In this document: positions 46,863-56,171 of the stretch, in pieces
How the letters are laid out: every line of letters begins with the position of its first letter
How positions within the stretch are numbered: the stretch's first letter is position 1
Source: Spirochaetia bacterium
GTDB taxonomy: Bacteria; Spirochaetota; Spirochaetia; DSM-16054; Sediminispirochaetaceae
Direction: 5' to 3'
Assembly (NCBI GenBank): GCA_034520965.1
Contig: JAXHMY010000001.1
Span: 448,001 to 512,000, forward strand
Length of the DNA: 64,000 bases
The notes under the pieces: model-generated
What the model was told of the DNA's origin: nothing
Seen by the model: the letters and a program-made list of their open reading frames with translations, nothing else
Databases searched by the model: none
Translations under genes and position numbers: made by a program

Positions 46863-46965
46863 ACTTCTCTTTTCATCCGGAAGCTGAGAACGAGTTCAAC
46901 GAAGCAATTGATTACTATGAGAAGCTCTACACAAAGAACCAGGCTATTGGAAATCAAGAAAATAG
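46859..46965 (+). pseudogene. Internally deleted ParE-like toxin remnant
   Basis: N-terminus (L)NFSFHPEAENEFNEAIDYYE joined directly, out of frame, to C-terminus LHKEPGYWKSRK*. Confidence 0.75.
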
Positions 46966-47191
46966 GTACGTATCATATTCGCTTTTTTAGCTGCAAAAGT
47001 CGAGGGAGTACCATCCTCGAGAAGTCTTCCCCCAACATAAATACTACTGTTTTTTGGAGCATTGGGTTTTGTATATGATCTCTACCGAGCAACAAATGTC
47101 GGAATAGAGGTCACTCCGATCGGAAAGAACTGCTCGTACCAGTCGAATCTCTTCGCCGGTAGCTATTTCGAGAAAAAAGAGATGTTCTGAT

Positions 47192-48845
47192 CTATCTGAA
47201 GAACAAGCCTCGCCTCGTGAAAGTAATGAACACCACGTGCTCGTCGATGACGAGCTCTTCGAGAACCCGGGAAATCCTCTGGCGATACGTGTAGTTTGCA
47301 TCCAGATACCAGTCTCCACCGAAAAAATTAAGTCGAAGGGACACACCTCCGGTTGCTCCCCATCCCCATTTGTCGTAGCTTCCCATTTTGAGGTACGTGG
47401 CCTCAAAACCACCTCGTACTCCGAATAAATCCAAGAACCACTGTTCGAACGCGGGGATGAGTTTTCCGGCGTAGTTGTCCTCTTCGAGATAGAGTTTGGT
47501 TCTGCTGCCCCAGTGTGAGGTAGGAGCGTTTGCGGTTAAAAGCGTAGGTAAGACTGTTGTCGAAGATGAGAGGTACGCCTACCGGATCAAATTCATCCGT
47601 TTCCACGCGATAATACTCGAACCAGTTGCTCGAGTAAGCTATATGGCTGTCGAAAAAGAGAGAATCGTCGAGAAACTGCAAGAGTATACCAGCCTCCGCC
47701 CCCCACACCACATCTTTCTCCTTTTTATACTTATCCCAGGGTAACTTGTAGTAGTCCCTCGATCGCAGCATACACGATCCGCCGATCCCGACGGCTATAG
47801 TATCACTCAGTCGGAACCCGCTGGCGAGTATGAGGTTGTAGAAATCGATATAGTTCGAACCTATGTTGTGGTCATAACCTTCCGGCCCCGTGATCGCAAC
47901 GTCTATCGATGAATGTATGAATTCTAAACCCGCTCCCCAGCCCGGGAGAATCGGAAGAGAATACCGTATGTTCCCATAGTCAGATGATTCCCCGCTTCCG
48001 GTCTTACTCCCCGAATCATTGGTAATAAAAGTTGGATCATGAACAGGTTTTTGCCGGCTGAATAAAAACGAAAGATAGTCTTTTTCGATAATGCCGAGAT
48101 ACGCCGGGTTCTGGAAAGAGAGGTAATGTTCGGGCATGACCTTGAATCTCGAGGCATTACTCGTCAGCTTGTCCAGATAGGTCTGCACCGCCTCGTAGTC
48201 TGGGTCGATCCGCTTCGCCTCAACAAGCTCCTTCTTCGCCTCCTCTTTCTCTCCCGTGTCATATGCGGCCAGCGCCCGGGAGAAGGCCACCACTGCCGCC
48301 TCCTGCTTCTCCTCTTTCTCCTCCACCTTCTTTTCCGTGCTCCGGGCCACCCTCACGTCGAAATGGTCCAGGATTTTCGAGGCGAAGTAGCCCGAGATGT
48401 ACTCATACCGGCCGGGCCGCTCGGTCACATTGTCCTGGTAAACCACCTCTCCCGAATCCACCCCCGTCACCCTGATGCTGATCAGCAGCTGTGGGGCCAT
48501 GTCCACGATCTCGCCGAAGACGATGTAATCGGCGGCGAGCATCCTGCCGAGCTCTATCTGCCGCTCGGTTTCTTCGGCCACGCCGGAGTGGGCAAACTTC
48601 ATCTCCTCCATCAGCTAGGTCCGCTGCTCCCGGTCGACCAGCGCCACTCCCTGACTGTTGGCCAGCTCCATGGCGATCATTTCGCTGATACCCTTGCCGA
48701 GATAGGTGTACTTCGGGTTGTCGCTGTGCACCACGAAATCGACCAGCGCCACCCGCATCTCTTGGGCCGGTGCCGAGACGCTCACGAACAGGACCACAAC
48801 TGCGAGAATAAGAATTGATAATGGACTTTTTCGCACCACAGACAT
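47192..48845 (-). CDS. Secreted CsgG/HfaB-like + TPR + putative beta-barrel protein; in-frame TAG at 48615-48617 and frameshift near 47480
   Basis: Signal peptide, RVALVDF, VDREQ, IELGRMLAADYIVFGEI, TPR-like helix pair, QNPAYL followed by amphipathic strands. Confidence 0.65.
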
Positions 48846-49067
48846 CTCCCTCCCCAAGCCATCTCGGTAGATCTATCTAACCGCGGCTGCAGAGCGAAGA
48901 TGCCGTTGCAAAAAGGCAGGCTTGCACTATAATTACCTCTTTATTGTACCATCCTCGTTAAGGAGCGCAAGTGTTTTCTTAGACATCCTCTTCCAATCTG
49001 GTTAGATTAGTGGTTGGGTCGATTGAGAACAGGTTGGCGACACAGAAAAAGTAGTATTTATTGGGCG

Positions 49068-49144
49068 GGACTATCGTCCACCCTAGGGAAGTCTTCTGCG
49101 AACCCCTGCAGGACCGCGCGGCTGCGGCAGGCCGGCGAGACTTC
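49068..49144 (+). pseudogene. radC fragment 1 (internally deleted)
   Basis: 44-bp exact match 49073-49116 to radC 44838-44881, then a jump to RLRQAGET-coding sequence (radC about 44961-44985). Confidence 0.85.
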
Positions 49145-49237
49145 AAGGCTGTTGGCCAGCTTCATCCCAGCAGTACTAAAGCTAAAATCGAATACCGCGA
49201 GCTTGCGGGCCGGGGGCCGAGCTGGTATGATATACAC

Positions 49238-49546
49238 ATGGTTGATTTCAACAGGATTATCCGGGAATGTTTTTGGGACAGCAATATCTCCACAGAAGAG
49301 GTAGAGAGGATAATAACCGGAGGCGATCATCGAAGAAAAAGTCAGCTCTTCGAAAGAATCTTACTCAACAGCTCACATTATCTGCTCGATCTGCAGCTCT
49401 TCGACCGGGGTGATTTGCGGCTATTGCTCGAAGAATACCAGCCACCCGAATTCAATAATGAACACGCCTTTCGTCGAAAAAATATTGCAGAGGTCTTTTT
49501 CTTTGATAAGAAATTACAAATAGGTGAGCTCCAATGGCCGGCATAG
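49238..49546 (+). CDS. Putative antitoxin partner of the AbiEii-type toxin
   Basis: 102 aa with a CFWD motif; TTGCGG-17-TATGAT promoter ends 6 nt before the ATG; overlaps the toxin start. Confidence 0.65.
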   Translation: MVDFNRIIRECFWDSNISTEEVERIITGGDHRRKSQLFERILLNSSHYLLDLQLFDRGDLRLLLEEYQPPEFNNEHAFRRKNIAEVFFFDKKLQIGELQWPA

Positions 49547-50208
49547 AACATCCTGAATTTCCATCACAGCACAAAGATTTCGAGATTCTGTATAAACTTC
49601 AGAATCGAGTTTTAGATACGGTGTTCTCCACCGAATCGCTGTTCTACCTGACAGGCGGGACTTGTCTGAGTCGTTTTTATCAGGCTAAACGTTATTCGGA
49701 TGATCTGGACTTTTTTACCAATGACTCTCCCAGATTCGCCTATGCCCTGCGTAATGTGCGAGCCGCTCTTCAGGAAACACATGAGGCAACTGTGGAAGTG
49801 GAGACAAAAAATTTTTTACGCCTTACAGTGGACAACCGCTTACAGGTAGATTTTGTAAACGACGGCCCTTTTAGATACAAGGAGCCGGTTGTTACCGAAC
49901 AAAACTACCTTATTGACAATATCGAAAACATCCTCGCAAATAAACTCACCGCTGTTATCGGCCGGGATAATCCAAAAGATGTGTTCGACATCGTTCTCAT
50001 TTATACTTTCTACCATTTTTCATGGGCCGAAATCCTGGAAGCCGCCCATAAAAAAGCCGGTTTCGCCGACGAAGACCTTGCCGTTCGCCTCAAGAGCTTT
50101 CCCAAAGAGATGCTCGGGCACATCAAATGCATCGACTGCAGCTTTCTAGAGAATTTCGACACCGCTATCGAACATATCATTCAGGCGATCATAAAAAACG
50201 GTACTTAA
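49534..50208 (+). CDS. AbiEii/AbiGii-family nucleotidyltransferase toxin (type IV TA)
   Basis: FYLTGGTCLSRFY, RYSDDLDFF, ANKL, RDNPKDVFD. Confidence 0.88.
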   Translation: MAGIEHPEFPSQHKDFEILYKLQNRVLDTVFSTESLFYLTGGTCLSRFYQAKRYSDDLDFFTNDSPRFAYALRNVRAALQETHEATVEVETKNFLRLTVDNRLQVDFVNDGPFRYKEPVVTEQNYLIDNIENILANKLTAVIGRDNPKDVFDIVLIYTFYHFSWAEILEAAHKKAGFADEDLAVRLKSFPKEMLGHIKCIDCSFLENFDTAIEHIIQAIIKNGT

Positions 50209-50317
50209 CCTAACTTGGCCAAAAATTTGAAATATTGTGGTAAAACAAGCCAAATTCGGCACTTTTGAGAACAATCAAACTGTTTGTGTAGAGCATTATC
50301 GAAAAGGCCGTCTAGGG

Positions 50318-50653
50318 TTATGACTCAATCATTTTCATTTCATCTTCAATTGCTTTTTCTACAAACTTATTAAGTGAAAGGTTGAGTTTCTTTGCGGTAA
50401 TAGCTACTTCACGGTGCAGTTCGGGTGATAACCGCAAATTAAATTTTCCTGAATAGGGACGTTCGGGACTTTTTCCCTCTTCCTCACACCATGAGATATA
50501 ATCATAAATTGATTCCCTAAATGCCATTTCCAATTCTTCTACTGTTGTGCCTTGGAAAGTTATAACATCTTGTGTGTTAATTACATCTCCATGGAATATC
50601 TTCGCGTCGGCGTCATATTCCACATCTCCAATATATCCTTTATATTCCATCAT
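50318..50653 (-). CDS. hicB: HicB antitoxin
   Basis: MEYKGYIG, ITFQG, PERPYSGKFNLRLSPELH. Confidence 0.92.
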   Translation of the reverse strand: MMEYKGYIGDVEYDADAKIFHGDVINTQDVITFQGTTVEELEMAFRESIYDYISWCEEEGKSPERPYSGKFNLRLSPELHREVAITAKKLNLSLNKFVEKAIEDEMKMIES

Positions 50654-50905
50654 GGCTTTACTCCTGCCTGTTCTAAAAAACGTTTCATGGATTTTACTGA
50701 ACCTTTATCGGTCCCTTTTTGTGGGTGAGGTCTGTGAAATACAGCTCTTCTTTTATTCAGCTTAACTCGAATCCTGGATCCACTTCCTTCCGACAATTCA
50801 GCCCCTAATGCAAGTAACAAAGATTCAATATCATTCCACATAATATTGGAAGGAGGCGGATTAGTAAAAATTGCTTCCAATATTTTCCAGTGCTTTTTTA
50901 TTCAC
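50650..50905 (-). CDS. hicA: HicA toxin (one extra base in an A-run near 50895)
   Basis: Corrected start MNKKHWKILEAIF..WNDIESLL..EGSGSR..FHRPHP. Confidence 0.88.
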
Positions 50906-50911
50906 GGCTTT

Positions 50912-50940
50912 ATGGTACCACTTAATGGTACCATTGTCAA
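50912..50940 (-). promoter_or_regulatory. hicAB promoter with two TGGTACCA palindromes (likely HicB operators)
   Basis: TTGACA-17-TACCAT; one TGGTACCA in the spacer and one over the -10. Confidence 0.75.
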
Positions 50941-51024
50941 TGAAAAATTGAGGTCTACCGGGTGCTGGCGGAGTTTATAGCTACGGCGGATTTGTTGATC
51001 AGCCTAAAGCACATACTTCGCTTT

Positions 51025-51130
51025 ATGCACCTCCTGGATACCGATATCTGCATCTATCTCATAACAAATAGATATCACTATCTCCAGAAAATTTTGCTGC
51101 AGCCCCCCTACACCATAGCCGTCTCGGAGT
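51025..51130 (+). pseudogene. N-terminal fragment of a VapC/PIN toxin
   Basis: MHLLDTDICIYLI...IAVS, cut off by radC fragment 2. Confidence 0.65.
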
Positions 51131-51131
51131 C

Positions 51132-51304
51132 CGCTGTGTTAGCTACACAACCATCCCTCGGGATATGTGGACCCCAGCGACGAAGACCGGGAGATTACCA
51201 CACGCCTTCGCCGGGCCGGGGAGACTTTAGGAATCAACCTGCTTGACCACATCATCTTTACTCAAAACAGCTACTACAGCTTTTTAGAACTTGGGGTGCT
51301 GTAA
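51132..51304 (+). pseudogene. radC fragment 2 (3' end)
   Basis: 51146-51304 aligns ungapped to radC 44904-45062 with about 15 mismatches in 159 bp; encodes HNHPSG...LLDHIIFTQNSYYSFLELGVL*. Confidence 0.92.
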
Positions 51305-51320
51305 TTGCTCAGATTATTTA

Positions 51321-51790
51321 TTATAGAACCCCATCAGCTTTCATTTCTGATAACAGTTTTCCTGCCAGGTATCGATATCGGTCCCACGCATCATTTCTGA
51401 TGGTAAAACCTGCAGAGGCATAATCTCCGCTTTCATCGATAGCGGGCAGTTCAGAAATATCCAGAAGGTCCTGAGTTCTAATGACCTTTTCATTCAATGC
51501 ATCCATCTGGTAGTTGAAACCAATGCGGGAAAAGTTATTCCAATTAGCTCTTTTCGGTTACTACAAATAACAGTATTGCTTCTGCTCCACAGTCTAACCC
51601 TAAAAATCGATTCAATTTCCAAGTGCATCTGCAAGTGGTTTTCCAGGTCACCAGACAAAGAATATTGAGGTGAGCTGGGGTAAAGAACCAGATGCGTTTC
51701 TATAAGATGCGGCTTGATTTTATACCCCATATAGGCGCCGCTACTCATAGTCATTAAAAGGGTGATAATTAATGTAACAATAGAGTTTGA
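51321..51790 (-). pseudogene. Mosaic or unknown gene remnant
   Basis: Two short overlapping ORFs; the first has a hydrophobic segment and RVRLWS..TVICS..LIG..FP, reminiscent of sensor domains. Confidence 0.3.
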
Positions 51791-51915
51791 AGCAGAACAT
51801 TGTGTTTAATATTCAAAAGGGCTTACATTATATACTTTCAATAAGAAGGCCAGTTTTGCCTGTATAATTAGGTTTGTATTTTTCTGTGCAATAGGTATCG
51901 GCATAGCTCCAGTCG

Positions 51916-52288
51916 TCACATAGCAGTATCGCCAAGCTCTTGAAGGTGCGGCTGCAATAGCTCATAGCGGATAGGTTTTTCCAGGTACATGTCAAATGAA
52001 ACATTTCTTAAGCTCCTTTTCATAGAGGGAGCGGTGATAACCGGACAAAAAAATCGTCTTGTCGAAGGGACCGGTTTCGTCGACGAAATCGATACCGTTC
52101 TTTTGCTGGTTCAGATTGATATCTACAATTGCAACGTTTATCTGATGGGTGCGAGAAATTTCCACCGCCTTTTCATAGCTGCCGGCAATATGAACTCGGT
52201 CGAATCCCATTTTACGAATCACAGACTGAAGGCCAAGTCCCGCTATAACCTCATCATCGAGTATAAGTATGTGAATTGAACTACTCAT
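51916..52288 (-). CDS. Single-domain response regulator, frameshift near 52005
   Basis: ILILDDE, AIVDINL, FLSGY, then YLEKP in the shifted frame. Confidence 0.8.
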
Positions 52289-53737
52289 TGGGCCCCCTTT
52301 TGTATAGTCAAGCTAATATGAGTGCCGTTGATATTCTGTAAGGTGACCGTACCGTTCAGCTGATGCCGCACGATGTTATCAATCAGCTGCATTCCAAGTC
52401 CGCCACCGTGTTTCAACAGCACAGCTTCCGGCAAACCACAGCCGTTATCCTGATATTCCACGCAAATGTAACCACTCTCCTCACGGATATCAAGCTTAAT
52501 CTTGCGCCGGCCCTGGGTTTCAGAAAAAGCGTGCTTGAAGGCGTTGGTGAGAATCTCGTTAATCACGAGTCCCGTAGGAACTGCGGTTTCAAGATCCACC
52601 AGTACATCCTCCCCCTGGATAGCCATATACACCGCCTCTGAGGAGCCGTAAAAGGTCACGAGTAAATTCGAGGAGAGTTCCCGCACATACTCTACTAAGC
52701 CAATGCGGGCGAGCGACTGAGAAGAATAGAGCTTACTGTGAACAATCGCCATTGAAAGAATACGATTGCGTGTATCGAGCAACATTTGCTGAAAGATCGG
52801 ATTCTCTATTTGCCCGCCTTGGAGGGTAAGAAGGCTGATAATGATAGACATATTATTTTTAGTACGATGGTACACCTCACGTAAGAGAACAGCTTTTTCC
52901 TCCTCCGCATGCTTACGCTCGGTAACATCGGAACCTGAAAGGAGCAATCCTATACCTCCATTCCAGGACGCTGGCCGCGGCACATTGTGCCAACTGATAA
53001 TAAGTTTGTTTCCGTTTTTTGCTTTAAGCGCATACTCACTGTAAGCAAACTCTTCCGATACCCCGCTAAGCAGTTTTTCGAGCCCTTCCCGTACCTCTTT
53101 CGGATGAGAATCCCCGTGCAGCAGCTCTACCCATTTTGTCTCCATCAGTTCCTGCGAGGAGTAACCTATAATTAGTCGCAGCATGCTGATTGATGGTGAG
53201 AATTTCCAGATCAGCATCGAGTTCGACAATCAGCGACTCGGAGACCTCCAAATATTTCTCGGCACGGTTGCGCTCCATTTCAGTTCTAGCCCGGGAAGCC
53301 TCCAGCTCTCTGGTTCTCCTCCGCACCCGTTGCTCCAGATCCAGACTATACTGCTCCTTGAGCTCTCGCTGTCGCCGCTCTTCCAGCACTACTGCGGTCA
53401 GGAAACAAAGGTTTTGTATAAATGGAGCGTAGGGTTCGAATCGACCCTCATCAAGTACCTCAAATATAAGGGTTCCAAAATGGGTGCGGTCCATAAAGAC
53501 AGGAAAATATTTAAAACCCTCCCTGGTGTCCCCTTCCGTCTCCAATTTTTCGGTGGAAAGGCGATTTGTTACCTCCCCGACACCAGGTACTTCTTCCAGG
53601 CCCCGACATATAAATTCGAACATCGATTCTTGCTCGGTAAAACTTCCGAGCATATCTTGAAGTACCATAATTCGGGAGAGGACCTGTGCCTCAACCTCTG
53701 AAGAGGGCTTATCTTGAAAATTATGGTTACTGCTCAT
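52285..53737 (-). CDS. PAS sensor histidine kinase (HisKA_2/PdtaS-type), frameshift near 53190
   Basis: LLREVYHRTKNN, NEILTNAFKHAF, DNGCG, GLG; PAS/PAC ending in SDVTERK. Confidence 0.85.
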
Positions 53738-53739
53738 TG

Positions 53740-54364
53740 CTATTCGACGAGGTTATGCTGCGATAAAAACTCTTCGGGAGGAATAAAAAACGGGTTATGA
53801 ATAACAGAACCACGAACGACCATCATCGGATGAACCTTCAGCACATCCATGATCATCGCCCCATCAAACTCAGCGGCATTGTACTGACACACAGTAGTAA
53901 TGGGTTTCTCCCTTAGCAGCATACTTACCCGAGATTCATACTCGAGCAGGCGTTCCCCCCCTTCAATCCGTCCAATATCAGCGGTCATCTCCCCTATCAC
54001 ACGTGCTCCGTGAAAACCTTTCTCATCTGCACCTTGATAGAACTCCGAAAGGAGCGCAAGCATCCGGTCAGGATCAAACCTCTCGTCCTTGTAGTAGACA
54101 TCTGAGGTGCGTTGGAGCAGAAGCGCTGTACTCCGCTCCAGCTCCTTGAGGGAAATCTTATCACCTTCTAAATAATGCTCAAGCAGCTCCCAGGTAATGT
54201 CATTCGAGAAACAGGCCGCTCTTTTCCCGCAGCTCAATCCCCTTACTTAAAAACTTCAGGAGCGCCTCATTTCGCTCGTCTTCATCGTTGTATATTTGGC
54301 AAATATGCGTACCCGGTGGAAGAGTTGTGTGGCCAAAGCCCAAATCAACGTCTTGTTTATTCAT
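53740..54364 (-). CDS. MEDS-domain sensory protein, frameshift near 54205
   Basis: GTHICQIY, RVIGEM, LLEYESRV, VCQYN, LKVHP. Confidence 0.82.
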
Positions 54365-54513
54365 ATTTTCTCCTATTTTCACTATTGTGCTTAATCGGCG
54401 TAATGTCAAATATTTTACTCTTCCTGCTGTTACTATCTCCCATGAATTACTCGAATATTCTCAGCTCTGCTTGACAAAAAAGAAAAATTTGTGCATTGTC
54501 ATCTTTACCTAAA

Positions 54514-54587
54514 GGGGGCGTAGCGAAGATGGTTATCGCGCCGGCCTGTCAAGCCGGAGATCGCGGGTTCAATCCCCGTCGCTCCCG
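54514..54587 (+). tRNA. trnD: tRNA-Asp (GTC)
   Basis: GGGGGCG/CGCTCCC acceptor stem, CCGGC-CTGTCAA-GCCGG anticodon arm, GGTTCAATCC. Confidence 0.95.
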
Positions 54588-54589
54588 CT

Positions 54590-54623
54590 AAAAGCCGTTC
54601 GACTTGTGTCGGACGGCTTTTTT
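54590..54623 (+). terminator. Terminator after tRNA-Asp
   Basis: AAAAGCCGTTCGAC..GTCGGACGGCTTTTTT. Confidence 0.8.
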
Positions 54624-54700
54624 GTTGTATGTACCACAAATTGTCTATCCCACAAATTAAACCTCCTAGAACTCCGTCCATGCCAATATAGCTGCAGAAT

Positions 54701-54729
54701 TTGAATTCCGATTTCTTAGATAGTATAAT
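54701..54729 (+). promoter_or_regulatory. Sigma70 promoter of the mfpsA operon
   Basis: TTGAAT-17-TATAAT. Confidence 0.6.
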
Positions 54730-54821
54730 TAAAGTATGTATTCGTATATAAGAATTACATGTCGTCTAGTCACATTTATTGTCTGTTCAAAATAAAAAAA
54801 TATGTTTAAAAGGAGTCTATT

Positions 54822-56132
54822 ATGGCTGAAGACGAAAATCGTATTATGATGATTTCCACTCATGGGTATGTAGCTGCCGAAGCACCACTGGGAGCACCAG
54901 ATACCGGTGGTCAGGTTGTATATGTTCTCGAATTATCGAAAAAACTGGCTCAATTCGGAAACAAGGTGGACATCTGGACCCGCCGTTTTGAAGATCAGCC
55001 GGAGCTTGAAGAGGTTGATGAAAATGTACGAATCATTCGGGTGCCCTGCGGCGGTAAAGATTTTATCCCCAAGGAGTATCTAAATGAGAAAATCCCGGAG
55101 TGGGTTAAGAACGCCCTTGGATACATTAAGAAAAACAATCTGTCCTACTCCTTTGTAAACAGTCATTACTGGGATGCCGGCCTGGCCGGTCACATGCTCA
55201 GTGAAAAACTGGATATCCCGCATGTGCATACTCCCCACTCTTTGGGTACCTGGAAGAAAGAACAAATGGAGACCGACTACGCCGAGGACGCTCAGGCTTT
55301 TGAGGAAAAATACAACTTTACCAATCGTATTAAGTATGAAACTATGATTTATCGCTCCTGCGACCTTCTTATCGCCACGACCCCCGTACAGGTGGATAAA
55401 ATCGAGAGCGATTACGATGTTCCTCAAAAAAGAATTCGAATGATACCTCCGGGGTATGATGATAACCGCTTTTTTCCGGTTGGGGAATCGAGCCGGCAAG
55501 CAGTTCGAGCACAGCTTGGCTTTACAGGCCATACTGTCTTTGCAGTTTCCAGACTCGCCAACAACAAGGGGCTGGACCTTCTTATCGACAGCTTTTCCCT
55601 GCTTGCCGAACGCATGGAAGATGCCCAGCTGGTACTTGCAATAGGACATGAGGATCGCAGTGAAGGCGAGGAGGAAATATACCAGGATCTGCTTTCGCTT
55701 ATAGATAAACACAATCTAAAGGATAAGGTAACATTTATCGGGTTTATTCCCGACGAAGAGCTTCCGGACTACTACCGGGCGGCAGACCTATTTGCTCTCT
55801 CCAGCCGGTATGAACCCTTCGGTATGACCGCGATAGAAGCGATGGCCAGCGGAACCCCCTGTGTTGTTACTATTCACGGAGGCCTATGCCGGGTATTAGA
55901 ATACGGAATACATGCACAGTTTGCCGATACTTTTGATCGTGAGGATCTTGGGATTAGTATGTATCAGGCACTGAAGTATAAATCTCTGCACCGACGAATG
56001 GCGGAAAAGGGAGCTCAACGGGCCCGAGCTCGATTTACCTGGACCGGTATTGCCCAGAAACTTCTTAACGATGTAGAAAATCTCACGGATGTTACACACA
56101 TTAGCGACATAAAGCCGAAGGAACATATTTAA
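54822..56132 (+). CDS. mfpsA: Mannosylfructose-phosphate synthase-like GT4 (SPS family)
   Basis: ISTHGYVAA..PLGAPDTGGQVVYVLEL, PCGGKDFIPKEYL, NSHYWDAG, QMETDY, PPGYDDNRFFPV, SSRYEPFGMTAIEAMASGTP; close to recalled Agrobacterium MfpsA. Confidence 0.8.
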   Translation: MAEDENRIMMISTHGYVAAEAPLGAPDTGGQVVYVLELSKKLAQFGNKVDIWTRRFEDQPELEEVDENVRIIRVPCGGKDFIPKEYLNEKIPEWVKNALGYIKKNNLSYSFVNSHYWDAGLAGHMLSEKLDIPHVHTPHSLGTWKKEQMETDYAEDAQAFEEKYNFTNRIKYETMIYRSCDLLIATTPVQVDKIESDYDVPQKRIRMIPPGYDDNRFFPVGESSRQAVRAQLGFTGHTVFAVSRLANNKGLDLLIDSFSLLAERMEDAQLVLAIGHEDRSEGEEEIYQDLLSLIDKHNLKDKVTFIGFIPDEELPDYYRAADLFALSSRYEPFGMTAIEAMASGTPCVVTIHGGLCRVLEYGIHAQFADTFDREDLGISMYQALKYKSLHRRMAEKGAQRARARFTWTGIAQKLLNDVENLTDVTHISDIKPKEHI

Positions 56133-56171
56133 GGCCCATATCTAAGAAATAGGCGCGAGGAGAGCCCACGC

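Noticed and set aside
49061..49237. Apparent RadC-antitoxin fusion ORF (49061-49546)
   Set aside because: The N-terminus is the radC remnant in frame by chance; a promoter at 49203-49231 points to a real start at 49238.
45063..51320. Integron cassette array (attC sites between TA modules)
   Set aside because: No convincing RYYYAAC...GTTRRRY paired sites, no intI, and mixed gene orientation; the repeats I can see are radC-derived.
54545..54553. tRNA-Asp with A38 instead of C38
   Set aside because: CUGUCAA loops occur in other bacteria as I recall, so this is not distinctive.
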